Source: Daphnia carinata
Taxonomy: Eukaryota
Assembly (NCBI RefSeq): GCF_022539665.2
Contig: NC_081331.1
Coordinates: 11,098,001 to 11,162,000, forward strand
DNA length: 64,000 bases
Reading direction: 5' to 3'
Shown: piece after piece, positions 27,101 to 39,704 of the stretch
How the letters are laid out: each line of letters starts with the position of its first letter
Position numbering within the stretch: position 1 is the stretch's first letter
Made by a program: the position numbers and the translations under genes
Notes under the pieces: generated by a model
The model's input: the letters and a program-made list of their open reading frames with translations, nothing else
What the model was told of the DNA's origin: nothing
Database searches by the model: none

Positions 27101-30100
27101 GTTACCTCCCAATAATTTCGCATCCGATATGCGAAAACGTTATTAATTTTACACGGCGCACCGTGGTATACCGACCGGCTATTTGTTATGGTATGCTCTG
27201 ATTGCATGTCATTTCAATCTGCGCACAGCGAGGGGCAAGCGTGTATTGTATTGTTATTTATTTGTATAGAGTTATAAACGAATGCGTGTGGGACCATGGT
27301 GTCCTTTCGGCATAACCAGTTCTTTCGGGGGAAAAAAAAGAAGCAAGGAACGAAGACGTCGTCATCGTTACCTTGTCTGACTCGTATCTTTTTGGGTGTA
27401 TATGGCGTGCTAGAATGTTCGAACAGCTCTTTGTTTGTTTTTTTGACATTCCCGTTGGCTTGAGTGTGTTGGTATTTGTGTTATTATTGGCGAACGAAGC
27501 GGAACCCTCCTGTGATACGAGCAACTGTATTGCGGTTGGCCAGTCGACGACCATAAGCAATAGCCGTAAAAACATTTCGGGAGCTTCCATACATGTGTTC
27601 GTCTTAATTTCCCAACTTGTGGACGCTCCAAAAACAGGAAGGAAAACAACTTAAAAAACCAACAAAAAAGGAAGAGTCCCCTCGCTTTTCAATTGTCGCA
27701 CTTGGCTACATTCGCAGAGGTCAATTCTAATAATAGTCATCACGGCCATCGATTCGTATTTCGTTTGATCGAACATTGTTTTCAAATAACAGTGAAACAC
27801 AGCCATTCGTTTCTATCATTGGAAGTGACATCAACTTGATGTTCAATTTGCGCCTATTTCAGTTACTTAAAATACAGTAAAAGCATGGCTGAAATGTGAG
27901 TGAATTTCAACACGCCAAGTGCCATCAAGGAAGTCTGTTTATGGAAAGCTGCTACTCTCTCGCCACCTTTCACCTCGTATTTCTTTAAATAGTGTGCGTT
28001 AAACTTTAAAAGAAAAGATAAAAAAATCGGCTAAGCACTAGAAAGTCATACGAAAAACAACAACATTAGCTCGTTATGAAGTAGGCACGATATGTCGGTC
28101 GTCCCTCTTCTTCGCAATCTTAATATTCCGCTCTTGCTCACGGAAGAAAGTAGTTGACGCAAAGACTTTCAACCACCTCCATAAAAATAAGAGAAAACGA
28201 ACGGTGACATATTTTTTTTCCCCTTTGCCTGCAAAATTAGTAGCGTACAATTTGTCGCTTTTTCTCTGGGTAGGCGGAGAGAGATGAAAAACAAATAGGC
28301 GGGACTTGAGGGAGCAAAAAATAAATGAAGGGAGGTTTTTATTTGTAATTGAGTCGTGAGTTAGCATATGGTAATCAAGTTTATCTACACTAGAATAACA
28401 ATCGACATACTGCTACACTGTACGTACGTACAATTATGTATAGCCAAGTTCGGACAACATGGAGCACGACAAACGCCATGTGTTATTTTTTTTTTAAAAG
28501 GGACGTCGGGACCGGTTGGTTTTATCAGTTTGTGGGACGACATCGTCGAACTCGGTCGCATTTTTTCCGAAGCTCCTTTTGGTTTTAAACGAGAAAATAG
28601 AAACAAAAAAAAAGTTCACTCGTATTTATTACATGTGGGGGCTGCGGGTGTTGTGTTTGTGGCGGCTTGTACAGTTAGTTGAAAACAATGACTGACGCAT
28701 GAACGCGTGATTAGTGGTGCGTCTTCCTGGTTTTCCAACAGAGAACCTTTGGAAAAAAAAAAAAAGTTTGGATCGCAAGAAAAATCTTGAAAAGACAAAC
28801 ACAAAATTAGATAGCCGACAACAACTTGCGAAATAGAAAAGCTATTACATAATTCAAGACAGCAGCAGTGATGGCTTTAGTGTTGATGCCACCGCCGCCG
28901 ATCATGGAGGTGGCCACCTACCCCTTCTTCTACAATGGGGTTTACTATCCAGCTGGGACGCCCGTATGGCCGGTCAGCATTTTTTGTGCCAAAAAAAACA
29001 AACTCTGCACCGTGTCCAACCTCTATATATGCATATTATTGTTTTAAAATTTAACAAAAAAAAAAACCACAATTGCGAATCACACGGATTTCTTTTCCCG
29101 TTACGTCTGGACTTGTGGGTTTCTAATTACAGCAATTTTCTTTCGTTGTTCTTCTAAAATAGGCACTTTTCACGCTGGAAGGAGCGGAGCAAAGCCGACG
29201 GATGGTGACTTCGCAGCAAGGAAGCAACGGAACGGAGCCGCAGGAGAAACCGCACACCCTCGAGGAATACGCCGTCGATCACTTCCGGTGAGCTATGTAC
29301 CATTTTGGTTTAATGCAGTATGAAATGATGATGATAATGTCTTACCGCTTTGGAATGCCCTTCAATATTTTCTTTGTCCCTTTTCAATTTCAAAAACCAC
29401 ATTTGTTATTATCGTTTGAACGGGGGGTGTTGGAAACATTCAAAAACAAATTTTTTTGGACGATATTTTACAGGCCGCCGCAGAAGAAGACGGTGCCCAA
29501 GGGACTGACGGCGGCTCGTCGCGGTAGTCACGACGAGTTGTGGCGGCATTCACGCGATCCCCTGAAACTGCCTCTCCTTCGCAAATTGACGTCCAAGGAA
29601 GAGTTGAGTCACGAAGCCATCTTCGCCTTCCAAGCTTGTTTGAAGTACATGGGCGACATTCCGTACCGACGCGCCCGCTCGGCCAATGAACTGACCGACC
29701 AGATCTTTGAAGGTCCCCTCAAACACGTAAGGAATTTAACCTATCATCGTTCGCAGAGCGATGACTAGTTTTACTAGTATCGAATTAATATTTTGTTGCA
29801 TCACAGGAGCAACTGCGGGATGAAGTCTACTGCCAAATTATGAAACAGTTGACTGATAATCGTAACCGACTGAGCGAAGAACGCGGATGGGAGTTGATGT
29901 GGTTAGCTACGGGCTTGTTTGCCTGCTCGCAAAATCTATTGAAAGTAAGTCGCCATTTTCACAGCATTTTGCCTCTGATCGCTGGGTACGGTGCTAAATC
30001 AAATTGTTACATATCCTTTCGAGTATCATATCCTCAGTCCATCGATATTAACGCAACTTCAAATGTTTTCAAAATGACGGGTTGTTTTTCCACATTACCC

Positions 30101-31810
30101 ATCTGCTGCGGCCGTTGCATTTATTCGAATTTAACCTTGGTGTACCATCTGTTGCATCTCATCATTACAGTCTTTTTGACGTTGCCTGGAACAGGTGTGA
30201 GATGTGTGAACGCCATCGTGCCGATGTGCTTTCAGCATTTTTTTTTTTTATCCTTTCGTTTATTATTAGTCTGTATTCATTTTCCTCGATCGTCCAGCGC
30301 AGCGTCATAACATGCACATGTTTCGGTAATGTTTCCTCATCACTTGTCTACTTTTCTTTTTGCCCAAATAGGAATTGACGTTATTCTTGCGGACGCGCCG
30401 TCATCCCATCGCCACCGACTCGCTCCAGCGGTTGCAAAAGACGTTGAGACACGGGCAGCGAAAGTATCCGCCGCACCAGGTGGAAGTGGAGGCCATCCAG
30501 CACAAAACGACACAAATCTTCCATAAAGTCTACTTCCCCGACGACACGGACGAGGTAAAAAGTTGGAAATTATTATAATTTTTTTTATTTGTGTGATTCC
30601 GTCCCGCAAGTGTTGGCATTATCACTTCAATGTGTTATGTTTTATACATATATTTTTCTTTTATGGTTCTCAAGGCTTTCGAGGTCGATTCTTCCACCAG
30701 GGCCAAGGACTTTTGCCAAAGCATCTCGCAACGGCTAGCGCTCAAGTCGGACGAAGGATTCAGCCTTTTCGTCAAGATCGCCGACAAGGTCATTTCGGTG
30801 CCCGAAGAGGATTTCTTCTTCGATTTCGTCCGCCACTTGACCGACTGGATCAAAAAGGCTAAACCGACCAAAGACGGTAAGGCTTTTTCAATTACGAATG
30901 TAATATCTGTTGTATCTCTACATTAAATTTTTTTTTCTTTTCTGTAAAATTACAAATAGGTATTACGCCACAGTTCACTTACCAAGTGTTCTTCATGAAG
31001 AAACTTTGGACGAATACGGTGCCGGGTAAAGATCGCAATGCCGATACCATCTTCCATTTCCACCAGGAATTGCCCAAACTTTTGAGAGGTTATCATCGCT
31101 GTAATAAAGACGAAGCCATCCGTCTTGCCGCTTTCATTTATCGCGTTCGTTTTGGAGAGAGCAAGAACGAGCTGGCCAATGTGCCGCAAATGCTACGGGA
31201 CCTCGTTCCGGCCGATCTGATCAAACTTTTAGGAAACAATGATTGGAAGAAATGCATTACAGCTGCACACGCACAAGATTCCGGTACCTAACTGGAAATT
31301 AACTTTTCTTCTCATTTTATTCATGATCAATTGTTAATGCTGAATTTCAAATTGTATAACAATCAGGAATGAGTGCCGAGGACGCCAAGATCAACTTTTT
31401 GAAGATTATTTACCGCTGGCCCACGTTCGGTTCGGCTTTCTTCGAAGTCAAACAGACGACCGAGCCCAACTTCCCCGAACAACTTTTGATTGCCATCAAC
31501 AAGAGTGGTGTGTGCTTAATCCACCCGCAAACCAAGGTGAATATTATACCTTGGTACCGTAGTCAACCCCCTTTCATATACAACAATTGGAATTTTTGTG
31601 TTTCAGGACATTTTGGTGACTCATCCGTTCACGCGCATCTCTAACTGGTCCTCGGGCAATACTTACTTCCACATGACGATCGGCAATCTAGTGAGGGGCT
31701 CGAAACTACTTTGCGAGACTTCCCTCGGCTACAAGATGGACGACTTGCTCACATCCTACATTTCTTTGATGTTGAATACCATGAACAAGCAAAAGTCCAT
31801 GCGACTGTAA
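18118..31810 (+). CDS. MYO7A: Unconventional myosin VIIa (crinkled): motor, IQ repeats, SAH/coiled region, MyTH4-FERM, SH3, MyTH4-FERM; apparent 2-nt frameshift near 25698
   Basis: Micro-exon MVIVSR (18118-18135) is spliced to GDYVWIEP...AIGARVVS (from 20178). P-loop [37 protein letters not shown] motifs at 23560-23900, and C-terminal [19 protein letters not shown] ends at 31810. Confidence 0.95.
19775..19813 (+). CDS. MYO7A: Candidate alternative first coding exon of myosin VIIa ([13 protein letters not shown])
   Basis: ATG plus 12 codons, then a gtaaga donor in phase 0, compatible with the acceptor at 20178. Confidence 0.55.
28871..28972 (+). CDS. MYO7A: Candidate intronic alternative (first or cassette) exon of myosin VIIa, [34 protein letters not shown]
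   Basis: GC-rich, coding-like island in an AT-rich intron, with two phase-0 donors (gtatgg at 28964, gtcagc at 28973) in frame with the exon at 29163. Confidence 0.55.
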
Positions 31811-32687
31811 TAACAATTGTTTGCTTTTCTTAATTGTTTTTTATCCCATTCAAACAAGAACGTACATGTTGGCTGAGAGATGAGCTTCGTTCCTTTGGTC
31901 ACTTTAGATTGATTTTCCATCGTGAGAGTTAGCTACTTTGTGAATAGTTTCTGAATTTTGCATTATTTTGCCACTACATAGTTTTCTGTGTTTCTTAATT
32001 GACACTGGGAATTATCTGCTTTTGACGGGTTCTAATATTGTCAGTGCATGCTTCACTAGCTCTCCTCAAAAGCCAGAAATATCCTGTTTCCTCTTTGCAA
32101 TTTCATCGCTCCCACAATCGTCCTTTAACAAATCTATGTATATGTTATTTGAAAAATGAAGAATTATAATAAAGCATTTTACACTCGAATAACTTACAGG
32201 AACTATATATACCTAATGTAGTTCTACAAGACACAATCTTCGACAAGTGCGTGAATGAGCACTGTATATAACAAGGACCGTGTAGTACACGGAACACCAT
32301 TTGACCAAATTTTTTTTCATAGCTAACTCCTGCACTATGGTTTACCATTTATTTCGCTAATTTAATGTAATTTTGTGGAAATTCTGCTTCGACTCTAGTG
32401 GCAGTACTTCCAGTAAGTAACAACGAAATTCAGTGGGCAACGAATTTCTACTAAAGATGGTCGGCAAAACAGTATAGCCATCTATTGGTACAATATTCGG
32501 TTGTACTACTGGCTTCGGTATGGATCGTTCGGTTTTTACAAAACGGACTGTATAAACAACTATGAAGTCAAATAACTAAAATACCATAAGTTTCGCATGA
32601 AAATAAAATAAATTTTTAAGATCCTTATTTAATATTCAAATGAAATCTCTAGTTTGCTATTTTAGATGTTAGAAAAAAAAAACGAAA

Positions 32688-33009
32688 TAGGCCTGACTTT
32701 AAGCCCGACTTTTTAAGCCCGAATTTTTAAGCTCGACTTTTTTTTAAAAAAAGGTTAAAAATTTTTATTTAGGATTCGATGAAAGCGAAGTTGCTCGGTA
32801 ACTAATATTAAACGTTTGTTCCAAATGAAATATTGGTTTTTCTGCCAATTAAGCAGTTTTTGAATCAAATGGAATCAAAGTTGTTTTATCGCAACCACTT
32901 TAAATTTGAATAACTCATCTCACTAACGCTAGTAAATTACATTTTGAATCAAGATAATGTATTTTTACAGTAATATTAGGGGAAAGCTAGATGGAAAAAC
33001 TCAGGCTTA
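32688..33009. mobile_element. Degenerate MITE/DNA-transposon fragment with TAAGCCCGACTTT subterminal repeats
   Basis: Four tandem ~13-14 nt units at 32688-32740 and an inverted degenerate unit near 32996-33009. The same motif recurs at 61333-61675. Confidence 0.5.
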
Positions 33010-33142
33010 TTTTTTTCTGGCTTATTACCGTATTTTTGGGGATTATTGGTCGAATTTTGAAATCCCGCTTCGTGTTGCGCCTTGTAAACGCTAGGGAATA
33101 TCTAGTAGTTTGTTTTTTTCTGTCGGCAGTAAAACATCCAAC

Positions 33143-33659
33143 ATGGCAGCCATAAGAGCAGTTAAGATCCTACCCCATGTTAAAGAAATTCGGATTCATT
33201 TATGCCAGAAGTCAGACGCCAGCAAGGGAGTGAGGTATGTAAAAACAGTGTCTGAAATTTATATTCATTTTGATCTGTGTTGTGTTGGCATGAGAAACCA
33301 CTGTGATTTCCACTGCTATAGAAAATAAGAAAATTTTTTTGCCATTATGTTTGAAGCCCACAGACTGCCTTCATAGATTTTTTTTGGCCTATTTTTTTTT
33401 AGAGACTTCATTGAGAAACATTACATTGATTTGAAGAAAACCAACCCTGCAACACCAATTCTTATTCGAGAATGCAGCGGTGTTCTGCCTAAAGTATATG
33501 CTCGGCATGGTAAGATAGTGATTCCTGTTTTTACTATTAAAGTTGATATATAGAAAATGTTTGGTTGCAGAGAAAGGTGTGGAAGTAAGCTCATCCATCT
33601 CAAATTTGCCTGCTGAGAAAATTCACTCGATTTTGGAAGGTCTTGTTCAAAAGAAGTAA
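33143..33659 (+). CDS. NDUFA2: NADH:ubiquinone oxidoreductase subunit A2 (B8); 3 exons
   Basis: [69 protein letters not shown]..., TAA at 33657-33659. Confidence 0.93.
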
Positions 33660-33826
33660 AATACTTTTCATCTGTAGAAGTTTTGTGTAAATAGAAAAGT
33701 TAGGCTGACAAATTTACACATTTCTTGCAATATTTCACAATTTATTTCTAACCACCTTTCAACAAAATAGTTACATTGAATGAACCAATAAGGTTAATGA
33801 AGAGCCTTGACAAATTGAATTTAAAC

Positions 33827-34981
33827 TTAGTTATTGTCATTTGGGAACTTCGCAGCCTTGGAAAGTTTGCAGTGAAGACTCATATGTCTTTTAACTTTTG
33901 AGTTACTTGTAAATTTTGCTTCACAATTAAGACAACTGAATGCTTTCTCACCTGTTGTCAAATATTTGGGCAAAAAAAGAAAATAGTGAGAAATGCAACT
34001 ATTTCCATTTGGCTCCAACTATAATTATAATAAAAGCACGTTACCTGTGTGAGACATCTTGTGAGTTTTAAGTCTGTGTGTTGTCCGGAAACATCTACCA
34101 CATGTCTCACACTGGAAAGGTTTGGCTCCTGTATGTTCTTGCTTATGTATCTTTAAATTCATTGGGTGAGTATATGCTGAGGTTTCACAAATCATTAGTT
34201 ACTCTTAAGGTATTCAAACATGAGAAAAACATTACCTTTTTCGCAAAGGTCACATTTAAATGGTTTTTCTTTCGTATGAGTCAATTCATGCATTTGCAAA
34301 TTATTTTTTAATCTAAATGCTTTGCCACAAAACTCACAAATGAATTGATAGTCAGCAGAGTGGAGTTTCTGATGATTTCTCAAATATGATAATGTAAAGA
34401 ACTGCTTGTTGCATTCTTCACAAACATATGGCTTGTTTCCTGTATGTCTATTGAGATGATCCATATACTTTAACAAAGATATAAAGTTTGCGCCACACTC
34501 ATTGCAGATGTGTCTGTCACAGCCAGTGGGTCCAGAATGATGCAGCTCTTCTGTCACTGTTGGCATTTTCATAACACCATGGCAAGATTCTTGAGTTTTC
34601 CCATCTTGAGTTGTTTTATGGCTTGCTGGATTACTTAGAACTTCACAAACAACCCCCAATTCTTCACTTTGTAGGAAGCTTTCCATTCCTTTGTTATTAC
34701 TTTTGCTACTATAGTCTACTCTAAAGTATTCTTTTGAATAAGATTGTACCGTTGGAATCCCTGTAACAGGAAACAAAAAGCTGAAATATTTAAAGTAAGA
34801 CAAAAGTGATAGAATATTAAAAGAGAATCACACCTGGATTTTTTCTCGTTTGCAGGTCATTAATAGATTTGATTCTAATGTGTGCTGAATGCGAGAAAAC
34901 AGAACACACATACAACTAACAAAAATCAAAACAGCACTTACCTTGGACCGTCTGTAACATGTGCCACCCTGCCATATTCAT
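33827..34981 (-). CDS. C2H2 zinc-finger protein (about 6 fingers); multi-exon, start uncertain
   Basis: CNECGANF...HLNRHTGNKPYVCEECNKQF...HQKLH, CEFCGKAF...HELTHTKEKPFKCDLCEK, and a final TGEKAFSCLNCEAKF...HMSLH. Candidate first exon MNMAGWHMLQTVQ with a gtaagt donor. Confidence 0.8.
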
Positions 34982-35284
34982 GAATAAGGTAACTAAATGG
35001 TAATATCATACTGTAAAGCTAATGGAAATAAGGAAACCAGTTACTTGCATTTTTCTGAATATTAAATTTCATAACAAATAAATTTTAATGTTTTTTGAAC
35101 TTTTTAGTAAAGCAATTGTGCAGGACTGCAGCGTGAAGGCAGAGGACGAATTGGTAAATATTTTTAAAGCCGGTTATTTACACAAAGGCTAATTCAAAAT
35201 CAGTGGTTTATTTTTACATATTTCGAAATAAAACATCTATTTCCGAGAATGAACACAGATAAAAATTGGCGTTTAAAAGACATA

Positions 35285-37390
35285 TCACGTGTTCAATGTT
35301 TCGTCTAGTGAAGGAATTTCCGCAACATCCTCGTGATCAATAGAAAACTGCACCAACATTTGTCCCACACCGGATGGCTCCACAATGTAGGTGTTTACGG
35401 GGAGCACTTCTAAGGATTCTGCTTCAATTATGGTAACCTGGATATTTTACCAATAATTATAATCAAATAAATTCCACATCTGATAGTATTAACACAATCA
35501 TATGAAGAGTTTTTTATCTGAAGAATCATAGCTGTTCGCATATGAACAAAAAAAAACAACCATACCTCATGTTCTGTGTCAAGAAAATGTGATTCATCCA
35601 TATTTTCAATGTAGGTAACGTTCTGTAATGTTTCTAGACTCTCTGTTGCTCTTTCCAAATCTGTTTGCACCTTATTATTGCAACGCTTAGTTTCATGCAA
35701 TTTAAGCATGCCACTGGTTTTGAAACTCTTGCCACATGTTGAACAATCTAATGATTTGGATGATCTGTTTAAACATTAAGAAATTAGATTTTATATGATA
35801 GTGTAAACTTTTCAAAGTAAATAAAAATACCGATAATGAGTAGCTAAATGGCATGCCAGACGATGGGGTTCTCTAAACAACTTTCCACATAAATCACAGC
35901 AACAGGGCTATTAATCATTTAGTTAGATTATGTTCATACTTTCTTTTAAAAAACTGATAAAACAAAGCTATCAACCTTTTCTCCTGTGTGCACTTGCAAA
36001 TGGATCTTAAGGACATTTTTATGGGCGAACGTTTTTTCGCAATATGGGCAATTATGAGGACGTTCTCCAGTCTAAAAATCATAAAATTGTGCCTTATTGT
36101 TAACAAATAAAAAATGTAATATTTATTAATCAATTTTGATCCAATCTTACATGTCGCATCCGATGCTGTTTCATGTGGCACGAGTTGCGAAATTTCTTCC
36201 CGCAAAACTCGCACTCGAAAGGCGCTTTGCCACCTTTGACATTACAAAATTTACATTATTCTCCAAAAAATAGTATTAAGCGGAACAACAAAACGGAATT
36301 TACCATGCATGTCCAAATGATGCCTCATAACGGCCCTTGTCTGAAATGTTGCCTGGCAGACGTTGCAGACATAAGGGCGGGACCCGAAATGCTTGAAAAC
36401 ATGTTCAATGTAAGGGAAATAGGAGGTCATCTCATCGCCACACTGATCACAAGTGAATGGATTTTGTCCAGAAGGAGTTACAAGTTTGGCCAGTTCTCGC
36501 ATATTTTGCAGAAATGTGGATGTGTCTGGTCCACAACCTATTCGGTCTGGTATAATACCTTCATCTGTCAACTTTACCTAAATAGTGTCATACTTGCATT
36601 TAGAGGGGTATCGTAATATGCATTAAAATCATATGTTTGAAACTACTGAAATAGTTGAAACTCGCTACCCAACCTGGAGAAGTTCTGCTGAAGCTTCTAA
36701 AGCTGATCGTTCTTCTTCAGTATTATCAACTGTCCCTTCCAATGGTGGGGTGATTGAACTTATGCTAGATTTTGTTGAGAACTTTCTGTTTTCAATGACA
36801 AACTCAATAGCTTTAGTTGGCTGTGTTACTGTTTTGTTCAGAGTAGGAAAAATGTTTGAGGTCTCCACGTTTCTGGATTTTTTTGTTGGATAATTGCTTT
36901 GCAATTCATATACTTTCCCATCTACCTCATACTGTAATTGCAATTTCTTGTGAAGCGTTGCTGTATCATTCTTTGACATTTCATAGGTACTTGCAAGTTT
37001 TGCTGTGTTTTGATGTTTTTCCTCTTTGTCACAAGCAGTAATAGTGAGAGTCCATTGATTTTTACTTGGAATAAAAGAAAATATTCCATTTATAGAATGT
37101 GAATGTTCAGTTTCTCTTAGTTGCTGTTCATCCGCTTCAGAATCCCATTTGTAGTCACAAAACCCACACGATTCCCACGGTATTTCTATGCTTGGTTTCA
37201 GTTGTAATACCATTTGTTTACTTTCTTTTGCAGTCCTCAGAACACCAAGAATTTCTAATCCTTCACAGTTACCCATTTTAAGAGTTCGGAATGGTATCAC
37301 TTTACCCTAGATGATGACTGTTTGTTTCAGTTGTTTGTTTTGACAGACTACGAAGTAAAGCCCGCGATCCCTATTGGGCTCGGTAGACAT
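35285..37390 (-). CDS. C2H2 zinc-finger protein with an uncharacterised N-terminal region and acidic tail; multi-exon, start uncertain
   Basis: CDQCGDEM...HVFKHFGSRPYVCNVCQATF...HHLDMH, PFECEFCGKKF, CPYCEKTF...HTGEK, CDLCGK and CSTCGKSF fingers. The last exon ends ...SLDETLNT with TGA at 35285-35287. Confidence 0.78.
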
Positions 37391-37860
37391 GCCCGGTCTT
37401 GCCGGTGGTGGCGCGCGGAACGTTTTAAGAATAATTCTCCTGTTTTTTTTTTTCTAGAGCTATTTTTCTGTTTCCCTACAATACGTACTGAACAAGCTTC
37501 AGACTCCGGCTTTTTCACGTGTATTTCTTATTGTATGAATTACGTCTATGTGCAATAATTATCTTGTCCCGTTTTTAGTGTGTCATAATTATTTCATTTT
37601 TTTAGCTGCTGTAGAGTTCCCTAATAAAATATTTTATACCTCAACAGTATGTAGCATGCCCCCATAGCGTTCCGCAAATTAGGCTGCATATTCAACTTTC
37701 CATTTTTCACTTTGGCCGGTTGTTCCGCGGTCAGAACTCAAAGGTTTAGAAGAGCCCCACCCCTGTTTAGGTGTGAAGAAAACAAAAAAAAACGATAATT
37801 GCTTTTTACCTTAAACATTAGGAAGTGTCAACATCTAGGATACTATTGTTTATCGTGACA

Positions 37861-38894
37861 ATGTATGAAGTGCCGCCTCCCAAACCTCCCAAACCAGGTA
37901 TTTCTCTGGTTGTTATTGATTAACAAACCAATTGTATTTCATTTCGCCTGTTTTTCTCCTATCAACGTTCAAAATGTCGCTGATGCAGGGCAAGTCAAGG
38001 TTGTTAAGGCTCTGTATACGTACACCGCACAGCATGTAAGTGTGTGTTGTATACAAAATGCACACCTTCCTAAGAAAACATTCCAGCAACCATTAAAATT
38101 ACATGTACTTTTTCCAGGCTGATGAATTGTCATTTGAGGAAGGAGAGTTGCTGTATGTTACAGATTCTCAATCAGACCCAAACTGGTTAAAGGCAAAATG
38201 TGGTACCAGAACTGGACTAGTGCCTTGCAACTATGGTAAAAGATTAAGACCAAGGTACCAGTTAACAACCAAAGCACTGTATTTTTTTTCTGTAATATCT
38301 ATGGCAGTTGAAGAAAATGCTGAGATGATACCAATGCCACTTCATGATGCTTGTCGTCGTGGAAATGTCTCTTTTTTAGAAGAGGCAATTCTAAATGGAG
38401 TTTCTGTGAATGCAAGTTAACAAGGTGTATACAAAAACTAAATTTATACTAAGTTTTCTCATTTTTCATTAAGCAACTGGATACAGCAGGCAATACAGCC
38501 TTGTTCTGGGCAGCCCATGGAGGGCACATCCCCTGCATGAATCTGTTACTTCAGTCTCCAAAAATTGATTTAGATGTGCAAGTAATTCACAAATTATTTT
38601 TATCTGTGGTACAACAGAATACATAAAAAAAAAATTTTTAAATTAATTTTTGTAAAGAATAAATTAGGAGATACAGCCTTACATGCAGCTGCTTGGAAAG
38701 GTAGAGTGGAAGCTGTGTCTTTGTTGCTGTCAAGTGGTGCAAAAACAAACATTCAAAATTGTGAAGGCAAAAATGCATTAGCCCTCTCCAGAGATCCTGA
38801 GATTACTAACATCATAGCAAAGCATGAAGATAACTTTTTATCCAGCAATGTCAGTGACTATTTTGGAAGTGTTGATGAGCAGGAATCAGATTGA
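37861..38894 (+). CDS. OSTF1: Osteoclast-stimulating factor 1 (Pro-rich, SH3, ankyrin repeats)
   Basis: MYEVPPPKPPKPG|QVKVVKALYTYTAQH|ADELSFEEGELLYV...GLVPCNY, PLHDACRRGN, LDTAGNTALFWAAHGGH, NKLGDTALHAAAWKG, and an acidic C-terminus. Confidence 0.93.
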
Positions 38895-39704
38895 TTGTTT
38901 GAAGTTGTTATCCTTTGGTTCTTCTTTTTTGTTTGAAACTACCAAGTCAAGAAAGCTGGAGTAATATTTTTGTTTGTTGGGTCCATGCATCTTAAATTTT
39001 ATTTCGATTTAATTCCTGACCAATGTTTCTGCATTTTTATTAAAACTTCTATTTGGTTATTCTTATCACTCAGAAAAAGAATGTGTTTGAAGTTCCTACA
39101 ATTGTCACAATTTGCCATACACTTTTTAAAATGATCTCTATTAAAGTTTATAATAGAACTATTTTAATATTCCAAAGAAGCAATCTGGTATTTGGTTCAG
39201 GTCATTTCGGGGTGCTGGTTTTCTTGTTTTTTCCCGTTCCCATACGGTTTCAATCGGGTTGCCAAATTCGAAATTTGCGCCTCGATTACAAATCCTCGAT
39301 TGTTTTGGAAGACCTAATCGATCTTCTTGCTGACCTATCAGGAATCATGTTCTGCCGTAGGTCTTTTTTTGTGGCTCCATGTAGTACGCCATCCTTTACC
39401 ATGGCTGTTGGGCTGTCGGGTTGACCTTACCTGTACATCCCATGGCAAAAGTATTCCATCATGTTGTCCCCGACCGCGTACATTTTGTGGGTGCGGGGCC
39501 CCCCGATTAGGTTCAAAGGGGGCCAAGCACTGAACCGCATGGATATAATTTATTAATAGGTTTGGAATATAAGATATTTAAAATAAATAAAAACTAAAAA
39601 AGATTTTTAAAAATTTTTTAAATATAATTTACTAATGTTTAGTTGTTCGAAAATTGTCTCATCCTGTAAAACGGCAATGGTGTAGCAGCCTAAGAAAAAA
39701 ATTA

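Noticed and set aside
30011..30351. ATATCCTTT (U12 AT-AC donor consensus) inside a Myo7a intron, suggesting a twintron
   Set aside because: There is no good TCCTTAAC branch point, and the nearby AC acceptors do not restore the reading frame.
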